Assembly: GCA_965207075.1 (NCBI GenBank)
Contig: CBDBLO010000002.1
Coordinates: 1,184,001 to 1,248,000 of the forward strand
Source: Nitrosopumilus sp.
GTDB lineage: Archaea > Thermoproteota > Nitrososphaeria > Nitrososphaerales > Nitrosopumilaceae
Direction of reading: 5' to 3'
Length of the DNA: 64,000 bases
Shown here piece after piece: positions 19,426 through 30,730 of this stretch (position 1 is its first letter; each line of letters starts with the position of its first letter). The notes beneath the pieces are model-generated. The model was given only the letters and a program-made list of their open reading frames with translations. It had not been told where the DNA came from and did not search any database. Made by a program: the position numbers and the translations under genes.

Positions 19426-22400
19426 TGGCCGCGTGCAGGCGCCCATCTTGTTGTCCCGCATGCTCGCGGCCGCCGGCGGCATAGGCGCGGCCGCCATCGC
19501 ACTGTGCATCGTTGCCGTCGTCTTCATGGCCGTGTTCGGAGACACGCGCGAGGCGTCGGCCGACCACGAGTCCACGGAATGCATACTGCGCGTGAGCGGC
19601 TCGACGCACCCCGTAACATACTTGGGCGAGGAGCGGAGGAACCCCGACGGCACGTACTACCCGGGGGACGCCTTCTACTACGTGTTCCGGTGGTCCGAGC
19701 AGTCCGACGACCCCGCGGGCTGCGCCGTACGCGCCCCGTTGCTCGAGACGAGCCGCCTGCACCTTGACCACCGCGCCGTGTGGGTTGATGCGAACGGCCA
19801 CGAGAACAGGCGCGCCCCCCTGACGCACCAGGACCTCGACCCGTCCGTCGCGTTCCTGAGCAGCACTGACTTTTACGCGGGCAGGCTGGCGGCCGAGTGC
19901 AGGGAGACGTTTTCAAAGCCCGGCGAGTCGCATACGTGGAAGCGCGAACTGTGGACCGTATATGACAGGGTATTCCTCACGAAGGTGGGCGACGACAGGC
20001 TGACCGACTTTGAAAAGACGCTAAAGTCCAAGGGCTACCGCGGGGAGCCCGCGTGGACGTGGTGGACGGAGAGGATGCCGAGGCCCGGGAGCGCCGTCGA
20101 CCACCTGCTGTTTTGCCCGTGGCAGAAGTACTTTGGAAGCAACGTCAAAGGCGGCATCATACCGGACGAGCAGAAGCTGAACGTCACGGGGATCGAGCTG
20201 ACCGGCGCCCCCCCGCACATGGAGCGCTACGGCGGCAGCAGCAGTGACATATTCTACGCCACGACGCACGGCTGGGGGATAACTGCGGGCGGCAACGCGT
20301 CACACGCCCATCTCATAACGACGCCGGCGGATCCGGACAGCGCGGCGTGGCTCGAGGAGCGCGTGCGCGAGTGCGACGGGCTGCCAGCCAGGTCGGGCTG
20401 CGTGTACGGGACGGCCGAGGTAAGGGGCAACAGCGGCGTGTGCGCCTCGGAGGTCGTGGGCGCGTACGACGCCGCGCTGGACGCGTGGCACAAGCGGCTG
20501 CCGCCGTACGATACCGTGGACGAGCACGGGAACCGTGAAAAGCCCCCGCCCCCTCCGGGGTACCCCGCCTCGTCGTGGGAGCACTGGCTGTCCAACCGCA
20601 CGCACTACCGCGCGCACGCCTTCGACCTGCATGCCGTGCCGCCGGGCATGCACTCGGAGGCGTATCAGGTGCCGCCGGGCGGCGATGTGTGCGCAAGGCC
20701 GGCGACGGACGGCGCCAAGCTGGATCTCACGGTGTCCGGCTCGTACTGGACGTCGCAGCACATACACAACAACATACCGGTGAGGGGCGTCAAGGAGGTG
20801 AACCTCGACCGCGGGCCGCCTCTGCAGGACGGCGAGCTGCTCATCATACTGACAAAGCCGCCGCTCCACCACCGGGAGGGGTACGGCGCCAAGAACATGG
20901 ACGGCACGTACTACCACGACGACCCCGCGTACATACGGCACGAGCCGTCATGGGAGTGGAGGGAGCACCGGAGCGCGCACATCAACTTTACGACGAACAG
21001 GCTACCGCCGTCAGCCCTACCGGCGGTCGACGAGTTCGACTGCATTACGACGCCGGAGGAGAGGGGGAACGACACCTCGTCGCCCGTATGGCTGCGGGCC
21101 TCCGTGCCGTCGTGCGTGCACGAGGCCGGCGTGGAGTCGCCCCCGTGGCTGCGCGAACAGCTGGGGTTCGTCAACGGGGACGGCCTGACCATACGCGTTG
21201 CCGACGCGTCGCGCGCGTTCGGGACGTACGGCTTTGCGTACAACATGACCGCGTTCAACTTGGGCAAGGAGGCTGCATATGCAGAAAACTCTACTGACAT
21301 CGAGATCGTCCCGTACGAGCCGGTCTACGAGTCCGTCTACTCGTACCCCGTGCTCGCCGACGCGCAGGAGTACGCCTTTGACGACAGGCGCGGCATCGTC
21401 GTAAAGTACGCGGGCAGCCTGCAGGACGGGCAGGTGCACGAGCAGAGGAGGTCGTTTGTCAACTGGTGGAACGCGTCTGGCGGCGGGCACAATCCCTTCG
21501 GGTACACCGAGTTCGACCAGGAGCACGTGCTGTCAGGCGGGCGCAGCGCGCCGCCCGGCGCGGAGCCGCCGGTACTGGAGTACAATTACAACGGCGCGCA
21601 GTCTGCGATGTTCACCAGCGCGGGGTACGGCGTGCTGCACATGGAGTGGCCCGTTTCGGAGCACGTCTTTGCGGAGATGGTCGACGAGCGCACTAACCGC
21701 ACCGCCCGCGGGGCGAACTTTGCCAACATAACGGCGCAGTCAGAGTTCCAGAGCGTGGAGTTCGCCGGGCATCAGAACGTCCCGCTCTTTTCGGACGCCA
21801 TGCGCTACCCGGAGATGCCGTTTGCCAAGCAGGTAGTGGTGAAGTCGGTCGACCAGCAGGGAAACATACAGTACGGCGACGCGCTTACCCTGCGCGTCAC
21901 GCCTTACGGCGGCATCGCCGAGGACCAGGCCGACACCGAGGACACGTGGTGGGAATCATCGGGCGGGTGGCTTGACTGGCTGCTGGGACCTGGTGATAAT
22001 AGCACGTCGACGACTGCCGGCAACGCGTCGTCCCGGCAGGAGCAGGACCCGCAGCTGGAACAGGAGGTGCTGGAGGGATCCGAGTTTCTCACGGACTACA
22101 TGCGCGACAAGATAATGCACGACACCGGCGGCGACCTCGTTATCGTGGAGTCCGCGCTCAACGATACCCATAGCATGACGCAGGAGTGGGCCGGGCGCGG
22201 GCAGATAGACGCCACCGTGCTGCGCACGTCGGCGTACTTTGCCGACATAGCCGTGCAGAACGACACGCTGGCGACCATGCTCCCCGCGGGGCCTGCCATT
22301 CCCGGTACCGGGGCAGCTGCCGAACCGCTCCCCCTGCCAGACCTCGACGACCTGTTTGGCAGGCTTGCCGGCGAGCCCGAAAAACTGCGCATGGCTGTGC

Positions 22401-22885
22401 CGCTTGACGTCGGGCTGTCCGCACTGCCGCCCACCTCCGTATACATATCGGTGAACGGCGGGCCGGAGCGGGCGTTCCACCACAAGTACTACGCGTTCGG
22501 CGGATCCGAGACCGTGTCGATCAACATACAGACGGACAACGTGCTGGACGCGGAGCGCGTCGGCACGAACGGCACGGGATTGGTGGTGCAGCAGCCCGAC
22601 AACTTTGGGGCGATCACGGGGCTGCAGGTCAACGGCACCGACCGGCATGTGCCCTGCGCCGCCGGCTGCACCCTCGAGGTTCCGTACAACGAGACCGTGT
22701 CCGTTACGGCGTACAACGAGTGGGGCGGCGAGGCGCACGCCGTGGTGCCGCCCGACCTGCTGCCCGCCGCCGCGCCGGTGGCGGAGGACGCGGACTGGCG
22801 CATATTCGCCGGCATGGCCGTGGTGCTCGTTCTGGGCGCGTACATAATGAAGAAGTTCTTCGGCCGGGGCATGTTCGACAGGTGA
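19394..22885 (+). CDS. large exported, C-terminally anchored surface protein (true start probably near 19433-19460)
   Basis: N-terminal hydrophobic signal, C-terminal TM plus KK tail, many NxS/T sequons, repeated NxDGTYY motif. Confidence 0.75.
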   Translation: MTSTWASRSGDGRVQAPILLSRMLAAAGGIGAAAIALCIVAVVFMAVFGDTREASADHESTECILRVSGSTHPVTYLGEERRNPDGTYYPGDAFYYVFRWSEQSDDPAGCAVRAPLLETSRLHLDHRAVWVDANGHENRRAPLTHQDLDPSVAFLSSTDFYAGRLAAECRETFSKPGESHTWKRELWTVYDRVFLTKVGDDRLTDFEKTLKSKGYRGEPAWTWWTERMPRPGSAVDHLLFCPWQKYFGSNVKGGIIPDEQKLNVTGIELTGAPPHMERYGGSSSDIFYATTHGWGITAGGNASHAHLITTPADPDSAAWLEERVRECDGLPARSGCVYGTAEVRGNSGVCASEVVGAYDAALDAWHKRLPPYDTVDEHGNREKPPPPPGYPASSWEHWLSNRTHYRAHAFDLHAVPPGMHSEAYQVPPGGDVCARPATDGAKLDLTVSGSYWTSQHIHNNIPVRGVKEVNLDRGPPLQDGELLIILTKPPLHHREGYGAKNMDGTYYHDDPAYIRHEPSWEWREHRSAHINFTTNRLPPSALPAVDEFDCITTPEERGNDTSSPVWLRASVPSCVHEAGVESPPWLREQLGFVNGDGLTIRVADASRAFGTYGFAYNMTAFNLGKEAAYAENSTDIEIVPYEPVYESVYSYPVLADAQEYAFDDRRGIVVKYAGSLQDGQVHEQRRSFVNWWNASGGGHNPFGYTEFDQEHVLSGGRSAPPGAEPPVLEYNYNGAQSAMFTSAGYGVLHMEWPVSEHVFAEMVDERTNRTARGANFANITAQSEFQSVEFAGHQNVPLFSDAMRYPEMPFAKQVVVKSVDQQGNIQYGDALTLRVTPYGGIAEDQADTEDTWWESSGGWLDWLLGPGDNSTSTTAGNASSRQEQDPQLEQEVLEGSEFLTDYMRDKIMHDTGGDLVIVESALNDTHSMTQEWAGRGQIDATVLRTSAYFADIAVQNDTLATMLPAGPAIPGTGAAAEPLPLPDLDDLFGRLAGEPEKLRMAVPLDVGLSALPPTSVYISVNGGPERAFHHKYYAFGGSETVSINIQTDNVLDAERVGTNGTGLVVQQPDNFGAITGLQVNGTDRHVPCAAGCTLEVPYNETVSVTAYNEWGGEAHAVVPPDLLPAAAPVAEDADWRIFAGMAVVLVLGAYIMKKFFGRGMFDR

Positions 22886-25141
22886 TCACGCGGCGGGCCG
22901 TCTCTTGCGGTCGCGCTTCAGCGCGCCCGGCACCAGGTACGCCCCGCACTTCCTGCAGTACACCCTGCCGGCCTTTGCGGTGTCGGGGCGCGGGTACATG
23001 CGGGTATCACACTTTTTGCACATGTATCCCTGGCGCACGGTGGGCTCAAAGTGCTCCGGCCTGGCCGTCTTGCACTTGGGGCACATGGTACGGGTTGTCC
23101 GCCGGGCGGACCTGTCGCGCCAGACGTGCCCGCAGTTGAGGCATTTGGTCGCCGGCACGTCGATCTGCACGATGCGGTTCCCGTGGGGACGCCTGACTGG
23201 CATGTTCTTTGTGGCCATTTCTGTCATTTCACACCCCCTGCATCCATTTTTACCTTTTCCCCGCGGCCGTCAGGCGCGCCTGCGTCGTCGGCCGCAGTGA
23301 CGTCGCCGTCACTGTCTGCACTGTCGTCGACTTTGCCGGCTTTGTTTGTACCATATGCGTCCTCGTGGGCCGCCAATCCCGTCCCGCCGAGCTTGCCGTA
23401 CTGCACGAACGGCACGTCTGTCTCGTACGCGTCCGGCCGGTCGCACTGGTCGGCCCACTGCTTTGTGATGTGGCACTCGGGCCGCCGGCAGTGTGCGGAC
23501 TTCAGTCCGTCCGTGTGGCCGCCGTCTATGCGCGGGTCAGACGACCAGTCGTGTCCGTCGTCCACTATGCAGCCGGGCTCGGCCGGGTGCGCGCATTCCG
23601 TGAGGCTGTACAGCCTAAAGTCGTTCTCGACGGCGCGTATCTTGTTCGCGCTGAGCAACTCGCGGATGTCGCGGGCCTGGCGCAGCTCCTCTGCTGCCGG
23701 CAGCAGGCGCCGCGGCACCTCGTGCAGCCCGGCGTTCACGTAGCGCGTGCTGTCTGCAGGCGCGCCTGCAGGCGGCTCCCAGGAGCGCATGGCCCGGCGC
23801 GCCGCGGCAAACTCGGAGTCGCCCGGGGGGACGTCCAGCAGGAGGAGTCGCCCGGACTGGTCGGATATGAGAGGCACGTGCGCGGAGGGGGCGGGGCCGT
23901 CGTTGTTCATCACAATCACGCCCCCCTTCCCCCGGCGCGCCCCCCGGCTTCGGCGGCAAAGCGCCTGCATCCGCACCTTTCCCCCGCGCCCGCGTGCCCG
24001 GATCCGGCCGCAATGTGGCCGCACCTGCCGGAGCCGCTGACGTGCACGTCGCGGCGGTGGGGACACTGGGCGCACCTGTCGGACATTCTCAGGACGGCGG
24101 CGGCCGCGGCGGGCAGCCTGGAGCCGCTTCCCTTCCTCCTCCTCCTAGTTCGGCCGGACTTGACGCATTTCAACTCGTACTTGTCCCCCTTGCCGCTGCG
24201 GTTGTCGCCGGCGTCCGCGAGCGCGTACATGCGGAGGTCCGCGCCGTTGCACCACATGCAGTGCACGAGGCCGCGCATGGACGCGGGGTGGGCTGGCAGG
24301 ACGCCGGCGTCGCGGCCGCAGTTGCGGCAGCGCAGGAGGACTATCACGGATGCCGCCCCCCGTCTGCGGCCGGCCTGCTTGCCGCTAGGCAATTTCCTTC
24401 CTCCGCATCTCATTGGCAATCCGGTCCTCCAACGCGACTCCGTTCTTGTCGCAGTCTTCACTGCTGATTAGCACGTAGGGCACTTCCAACCAGTCGTAGA
24501 CCGGATGGGAGTCAAAGTCGGCGCGCTTCCCGGAGCCGACGACCTCCACGATAACCCGGAGCTGCCCGTACTTGTTAAAGCACGTAACGCCGGTCCGCGC
24601 GGATACCCGCCACCGCCTTCGCATGTGTCCGTACACCCGGTCTGTCGCAAAGCAGTGCTTGTCGATGTCGGGTTTTTTCTTCGCCATCAGGTACTGGCCG
24701 GCCTTGCACTGGTAACCCAGGGACTCCATGATCTTCATGATCCTGCGGCGGCAGGCGGGGTCCGTCCCTTTGTCTGGATACTGGGCGAGGCGGGCGCGCG
24801 GCTCCGCAAGCTTTGTGTTGTCGCGGGTCATGCTCCTTCCGCCTCCAGTCCAGGTTCCTGCACGCGTCCAGGCGCCGGAGCGCCGCCGTCCTCCAGTTTG
24901 AACGAAAACCTGCCGTGCTTGGAGAGCACGTGGTCGGACACCTCCTGCAGGTCGACCGTGAGCGTCTGGCCGCACTCGCAGTCAAAGACAAAGTCGCGGT
25001 ACGGCCTGTTCTCAAGGTAGCGCACCTTGATTACGGGCGGACGGCGCGCCAGCAGCCCCCTTGCCATGCGCAGCAGCACGTGCGGTGCCTCGCCCCGCGT
25101 AATGGGGAACCCGACTCCCGTGATGATGCGCCTTGTAGCCA

Positions 25142-25474
25142 TCAGGCCGCGACCTCCCTGGGCATGTGCAATCCGGGCTCCTGCGCGTGCTCCCGCATGT
25201 CGGCGAACCTGGAGCCGCACTTGCGGCAGTACCGGGCGCCTGGAACGTACGCGGGACCGCTGTTGCCAAGCGCGATGCGGCCGCCACAGTCCGGGCATCC
25301 TGGGTATGCGCTTAGGCCCATGAAGCAGTCGCCGCATTTGTCCGCGCCCTCTGGTAGCGGCAGGCTGACATTCTGGTCCGTGGCCTCCACGTACGCGCCG
25401 CTGATGCAGTAGCGCCGGCGGCGGCCGTCCGGCCCGTCAGAGTGAATCAGTTCGCGCTCTAGCGTGCGGGGCAT
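25142..25474 (-). CDS. LERE/YPxCPDCGG family Zn-ribbon protein, copy 3
   Basis: LERE..VEA..NVSL..YPGCPDCGG..VPG..CRKCGSRFADMR. Confidence 0.75.
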   Translation of the reverse strand: MPRTLERELIHSDGPDGRRRRYCISGAYVEATDQNVSLPLPEGADKCGDCFMGLSAYPGCPDCGGRIALGNSGPAYVPGARYCRKCGSRFADMREHAQEPGLHMPREVAA

Positions 25475-25911
25475 CAGGCGAACACCTCCGGGTGCGCGCC
25501 ATTGACATGGCAGGCGAACTCCAAGAACGAGTCGTACCGGCTGCCGCACTTTACGCACTGCAACACGGAGACGGTTCGGCTTGCCCGCTCGCACGCGGCC
25601 GCCTTTTCGGGGTCGGCAACCAGATCGGCCGCCACCGATGACGACGGTCCGGGCATGAACCGCCCGGGCTTCTGCTCGCTCAGGCGCATATCGGCAAACC
25701 GGCTGCCGCAATTAGTGCAGGCGCACCTGCCAGGCACCGTCCGGCCGTCCGGCGATATTGTACCGCCGCAGTCGGGGCACGGCGGGTACGAGCCGTCGGG
25801 TATGTGCAGGGAAATATTGTTCTCACTGCACTTGACGCGGTAGTGGCCGATCACGTAGGCGGGCGTGCCGTCAACCAAGAAGCGCTGCTCGCGCTCCAGT
25901 ATGTCGGGCAT
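25474..25911 (-). CDS. LERE/YPxCPDCGG family protein, copy 2, fused to a C2H2 finger
   Basis: YPPCPDCGG..CGSRFADMR plus CVKC..HVNGAHPEV. Confidence 0.75.
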   Translation of the reverse strand: MPDILEREQRFLVDGTPAYVIGHYRVKCSENNISLHIPDGSYPPCPDCGGTISPDGRTVPGRCACTNCGSRFADMRLSEQKPGRFMPGPSSSVAADLVADPEKAAACERASRTVSVLQCVKCGSRYDSFLEFACHVNGAHPEVFA

Positions 25912-26008
25912 CAGTCAAACGGCCTCCCGCAGTTCTGGCACTCCTGAGGGCCTTCTATCTGCCCGCCATGCGGGGTCCACGCCCCACACTCGAGGCATTC
26001 AGTGATCA

Positions 26009-26305
26009 TCAGGCACCGGCCTCCTTGATCGGCATGTTCTGTCCCGGCGTCTGCGCGTGATAACGCAGGTCGGCAAACTGCGAACCGCACTCCTTGCACG
26101 CGCGAGAACCCGGTACGTGCCCCGCCTCGTTCCAGACGACTATGCCGCCGCAGTCCGGGCAGTCCGGGTACGTGCCGTCGTCCGCCGCGCCTGGGCGCAC
26201 GCCCACCGAGATATTGTTGCCGTCGGCCTCCACGTACTCGTCGCCGATCCTGTACACGACAGTACCGTCGGCCAGTATGCTCTCCTCGCGCTCCATGAGA
26301 GCCAT
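26009..26305 (-). CDS. LERE/YPxCPDCGG family protein, copy 1
   Basis: MERE..VEADGNNISV..YPDCPDCGG..CGSQFADLR. Confidence 0.75.
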   Translation of the reverse strand: MALMEREESILADGTVVYRIGDEYVEADGNNISVGVRPGAADDGTYPDCPDCGGIVVWNEAGHVPGSRACKECGSQFADLRYHAQTPGQNMPIKEAGA

Positions 26306-27561
26306 CAATCGGGCACCTCCGGGTGCTTGTCGCGCACGTGCGCAAAGGCCGAGTCGTATGACGTGAGGACGAGGCCGCACAGGGTGCACCGCACCGGGCA
26401 CAATTCACAGATGTGCATCCCAGTATCGTACTCAGGCATTCAGGCCGCCACCTCCACCACGGCCCTTACGCCGTGTTTGTCCTCCGCGTGCCGTATCATG
26501 CGGTCCAAGTGGTGCGACCCCTCGGGGCACCTGCTGCACTTGTAGTACGTCTCGCCGTCCAGGCCGTCCGTGTCCACCATGCGGGTGAACGTCTCCGTGA
26601 GTGTGATGAGTGGGGGCATCATGACCGCTCCCCCTTCCGTTGTGAGATCTTTTTCACGAACGCGGGTAGCGCGTCCCGCAGGTTGTAAAAGCACTCCATA
26701 CACAGCGTGTACTCTACGTTCCAGTGGGCGTTCAGCGGGTCCAGCCTGCGCAGGGACAGGACGTTCTCATACTTGGTCTTGTATATGCCCTCGCCGCACC
26801 GGCTGCATTTCTTGAACCCATGACCGTCGGACATCAGGTTTCGCCCCCTTTGCTCCCGATCTTCGCCTGCCCGTGCATCCGGCGGGCCTCGTTGCGCGCC
26901 TCCTTGACGGCCTTGTGCATCCTGTCGTACGTCTTGCGTTCGGCGCCATTGGCGTCGTGATTGCGCGTCCAGTCTATGACGTCCAGTGCCCGGTCCAGTT
27001 CGTTGACCAGCAGCCTGAGCTTGATTACCTCCTTCTGCTTGGGAGTCAGGGCGTCATGGAACGCATGCTTTGCGAGGTTCTTCTCGGGTGGGTTGCCGTA
27101 CAGCAAATCCTGTATGAGTTCGCCAAGGTCGGTGTGGGGCGTGGCGGCGTTGTCCCTAGACATCAGCGGCCTCCTCCCAGCATTCAGTTCCGGCGAACGT
27201 GTTGCGCCGCGGAACGACATGTGCATGACACGCGGGACAGGACAGTGTCGTGGTGCCGGACGCTGATATTGGCTGCACGTTCCTTTTACATGAAAAACAA
27301 TAAAAGACGACGGCCCGGCCGACCGGCGCTTTCATGTTGAGCCGCAGTATTTTGGGCGAACTCAATCCCCGACCACCCCCGCGCACACCTGCTTCTCGAC
27401 CTCCGCGTGGTTCTTGCGGAAGTGCTCGACCAGCTGGTCCCCGACATACTTGCCGCGCTTGTTGGATGCCACGACGTCGTAGGTTTCTGCAAGGTAGTTG
27501 CAGACGGCGCACGGCATCATGTTGGCGACGTACTTTATGCCCTGGAACGACAAATGTGGCA

Positions 27562-27864
27562 TCAGGCGGACACCTCCCCGCGCATGCGGGCCTCCTGCAC
27601 CAGGTATCCCGCGGAAAACTCCGACAACGGCGTGAACTCCACGCACGGGTCGAACAGCTGGGACGGCCTGGTCACTTGGTACAGCGTGTACACTCCACCC
27701 GGGTCGGCCGACTCCCTGTTCTCCACGGCGTGCTCCCTGGCCGCGTGGAAGGCCCCGGCCAGTGCCAGATCGAACCCGCCGTCAAACGCGCGCCACGTGC
27801 CGTCGGGACACAGCAGCATGTGCCCCTTGGACAGCGGGTGGCCTGCCGGAAGCGCGACTTGCAT
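27562..27864 (-). CDS. hypothetical protein, paralog of 4487-4867
   Basis: MLLCPDGTW..GVYTLYQV..DPCVEF. Confidence 0.65.
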   Translation of the reverse strand: MQVALPAGHPLSKGHMLLCPDGTWRAFDGGFDLALAGAFHAAREHAVENRESADPGGVYTLYQVTRPSQLFDPCVEFTPLSEFSAGYLVQEARMRGEVSA

Positions 27865-28675
27865 CAGTCTACGTTCCTCCCCTTCAGTTGTTCCGCGAGC
27901 AGCCCGTAGATCTCCTCATCGCGCCCGCGGCACCGGTCAAAGAGTCCGGAGTTCTCGCCGACCGGGTACCGCCCGAAGACGTTCACGAACCGGCGTTTGC
28001 GGGTTATCCAGACCTTGCTGAATGTGGCGCCAAACGCCGCCTCCATGGCCTTGTGCAGTGTGCCGTTTTTTTCGGCCCGCTCTGCCGCGGCTATCAGGGC
28101 GTCGTCCCCGCCGATCGGCATGGGGACGTTGTGGTAGCAGTGGCGCACGCGTCCTGACATCAGGCCGCGACCTCCACCTTCTCCAGAGCCGCGAGTTCGG
28201 CGTCCACGTCGTACTTGTCGCCACAGTAGCGGCACCTCAGCGGCCCGTGTTTGTCGCACCGCTTGACCTTTGTGGCTTTTCTGCCGCACTCGACCGCCTC
28301 AATCACCACGTACCCGCCGAGGTCGTTGACCCCCTTGCCGGTCATGTGCCTGTAGTCGTGGCGTCCGTCGTGTTCGTGGTCGATCTTGCAGTGTTCCGGT
28401 CCGCCCGGCCTGCTTACGGCGCATGCGTAGTATTCGAGATCATCCCAGGCATGCCGTATCAGGACGATGTTGTCGAGTGCAGCCCACGGGCCCAGCAGCC
28501 TCTCGCGTTCCGCCTGGTCTTCCACAATGTAGCCGCCCATCAGGCGCTCACCCTCACTACGAGCGGAGGCAGTCCGTCCATGCGTACCACGAATGAAAAA
28601 ACAGGGTACCCGCGGACGGACTTGTTGGCCGCGCCTGGCGGCGCGGACTTTGCTGAATCTACCATGCTTCATATT

Positions 28676-28705
28676 ATAACCTATTGTTTATAAATGTTAG
28701 GTTAT
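28676..28705 (-). promoter_or_regulatory. TATA box flanked by palindromic arms (motif copy A)
   Basis: ATAACCTA-ttgtttataaatgt-TAGGTTAT; ATG at 28665. Confidence 0.8.
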
Positions 28706-28926
28706 TGCTTTTTGCACCTGTTCGGCAGGCCCATCTTCAGTCCAAAAAACGCCGCGTTTTCCGTGCCTGAAATGCCGGTGGACTGTTAATGGGCCCGCTT
28801 TTGTGGGGTGTGGGGAATCTGGCATATCGATAGTGACTTGCCATGTCAAGTATCGATAGTGAATACCGATACTGAGCATCGGTACTTGCATGCCCCTAAT
28901 TGCAGGCAGCCGGGTCTGCCGCGCGG

Positions 28927-30060
28927 TCACGGCCGCACGGGCGGAGGGATTGGAAACCGCCTCGCGTGCAGGACCATGTGTCCCCGCTGGATGCCGTCGG
29001 TTACGAGGGCGCGCAACGCGGAAAAGTTCTGACACAGCCCGACGGCGGCCATTATCTGGGCCAGTTCCCCGGCCGTCGGGGAGCCGAGAATATCATGGAG
29101 GCACGCGGCCGCCACGGGGTGGCGCGTGGTGAGCCCGCCCACGGTGCCGACCGCAAGCGGCACGGACAGGCTGCCGTGCAGCCTGCCGTCCCTGACCTCC
29201 CAGGCGGACAGCGGGCCGTACGTTCCTTTCCCTGGCTCGGTCGACGCGTACGCGTGCGCCCCAGCCTCTATGGCGCGGGTGTCCTGCCCGGTCGCCAGGG
29301 CCACGGCCGTGATGCCGTTCATGATCCCCTTGTTGTGCGTGACGGCCCTGGACACGTCGAGGCGGGCGAACCTGCAGGCGTTCACCACGTTTGCGGCCAC
29401 GTCCTGTGGGACGTCAAAAACTGATTCGGCGTACGCCACGCGTTGCATGTGGTTTGACAGTATGCGCAACAGTGCGGTGCCCCCTGTGGCGTCCTCTATC
29501 AATGGGGCCACGCCCTCGCACGCCGTGTTGACGGAGTTGGCTCCCATCGCGTCGACAGTATTGACGTAGAACGCCACCCTGAGCATGTCCTCCGCAAGCA
29601 TTGCGTATGACAGGCCGTTCTCCGGCCAGTCCTCGTCCACGCGCATGCGTGCAGACGGCAGGGATTTGTTGGCCGCGTCTATGATCTCCCTCCTCCTGTC
29701 CTTCAATGATTCCAGGGCGTTGCTGTCAGGGTTCATCACCAGTACCTGCCCGGCGACGCGCGGCTCTGACGAGCTTGCGTTCAGGTCGATGGCGGCCTTT
29801 GCGCCCGCGCCGGCGGCCGCTATCACGGACGGTTCCTCCGTGGCCATCGGGACGCCGGCGTACGGGCGGCCGTTGATCACAAAGTGCTCCGCCACACCGA
29901 GCGGCACGCCGTACGCGCCCACCGCATTCTCCACCAGTACGTCGGCATCCGTCGCGGACATGCCGCCGGCCGACAGGTAGGCGGCGGCGTCACTGCCCAG
30001 TTCCGGGGCGACCCGTGCAAGCCGCTCGTGTGGCTTCATGTCGCGGAGCTTTGGTGGCAT
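28927..30060 (-). CDS. mvaA: HMG-CoA reductase, class II
   Basis: ENAVG, MATEEPSV, DAMGAN, RILSN, THNKGIMNG, GQDTRA, GIQRGHMVLH. Confidence 0.93.
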   Translation of the reverse strand: MPPKLRDMKPHERLARVAPELGSDAAAYLSAGGMSATDADVLVENAVGAYGVPLGVAEHFVINGRPYAGVPMATEEPSVIAAAGAGAKAAIDLNASSSEPRVAGQVLVMNPDSNALESLKDRRREIIDAANKSLPSARMRVDEDWPENGLSYAMLAEDMLRVAFYVNTVDAMGANSVNTACEGVAPLIEDATGGTALLRILSNHMQRVAYAESVFDVPQDVAANVVNACRFARLDVSRAVTHNKGIMNGITAVALATGQDTRAIEAGAHAYASTEPGKGTYGPLSAWEVRDGRLHGSLSVPLAVGTVGGLTTRHPVAAACLHDILGSPTAGELAQIMAAVGLCQNFSALRALVTDGIQRGHMVLHARRFPIPPPVRP

Positions 30061-30108
30061 GACATGACGTATGCCCCGTGTTTCATATAAAATGAGGCGC
30101 GGTGTTTT

Positions 30109-30426
30109 ATGCAGTACGTATTACTGCCGGTGTTGGATGAAAGCACAAAGCCGGAGGCGGGTTGGGCGCGCCGTCTGGCGGCACACATGTGGACATCGGT
30201 AAGGAACGACCTGACGTTCCTGTTTTATTGCAAGACCTGGAAGAGGAATCACGCAGTGGACAAGACGGTGGTGGACAGGCTGTTTGCAAACTGGCTGAAC
30301 GACGGAGAGAATGACTTTGTCGAGACCGAGTGTCTGCGGTGCCATAGCCCCGTCTACGTATGCTCGGACCCCGACGACCCGGCGTATTATCTGGTATCGG
30401 AAGCCCCGTACTTGTTCGGGTACTGA
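30109..30426 (+). CDS. hypothetical protein
   Basis: ORF divergent from mvaA, sharing an ATATAAAA box at 30085-30092. Confidence 0.55.
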   Translation: MQYVLLPVLDESTKPEAGWARRLAAHMWTSVRNDLTFLFYCKTWKRNHAVDKTVVDRLFANWLNDGENDFVETECLRCHSPVYVCSDPDDPAYYLVSEAPYLFGY

Positions 30427-30730
30427 CAGGCCGGGTCCGGGACTGGCAGTGCGGGCGCCCTACCACATGCTGTTCATGCAGCTGTTACAGATCCCCTCGA
30501 AGCATCCCCCGCGCTCGCGGCCCTCTGACATCTCGGCGTCGGCGCGCTCCTTGTTGCACGACGTACATACAGGCATGCCCGGCATGATGCGTGACGGATA
30601 AAAGGGCGGGACGGATCCATTCCATCCTGCATGCATCCGATTAACACAATCCGCCGAAAAATTCAATCCGCTAAAAAACGTCAACAAACGTGACGACCGA
30701 TGCCGGACTCGGGGGACCCGGCGGTTTCAG

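Larger units (their letters stand above)
22886..28665 (-). other. coupled array of about 20 small, mostly Zn-finger CDS
   Basis: Successive TGATG/ATGA overlaps from 28665 to 22886; many CxxC and C2H2 motifs. Confidence 0.75.

Noticed and set aside
24385-24831. Vsr/DUF559-like nuclease
   Set aside because: Only a weak IVEVxG resemblance; other catalytic residues not identifiable
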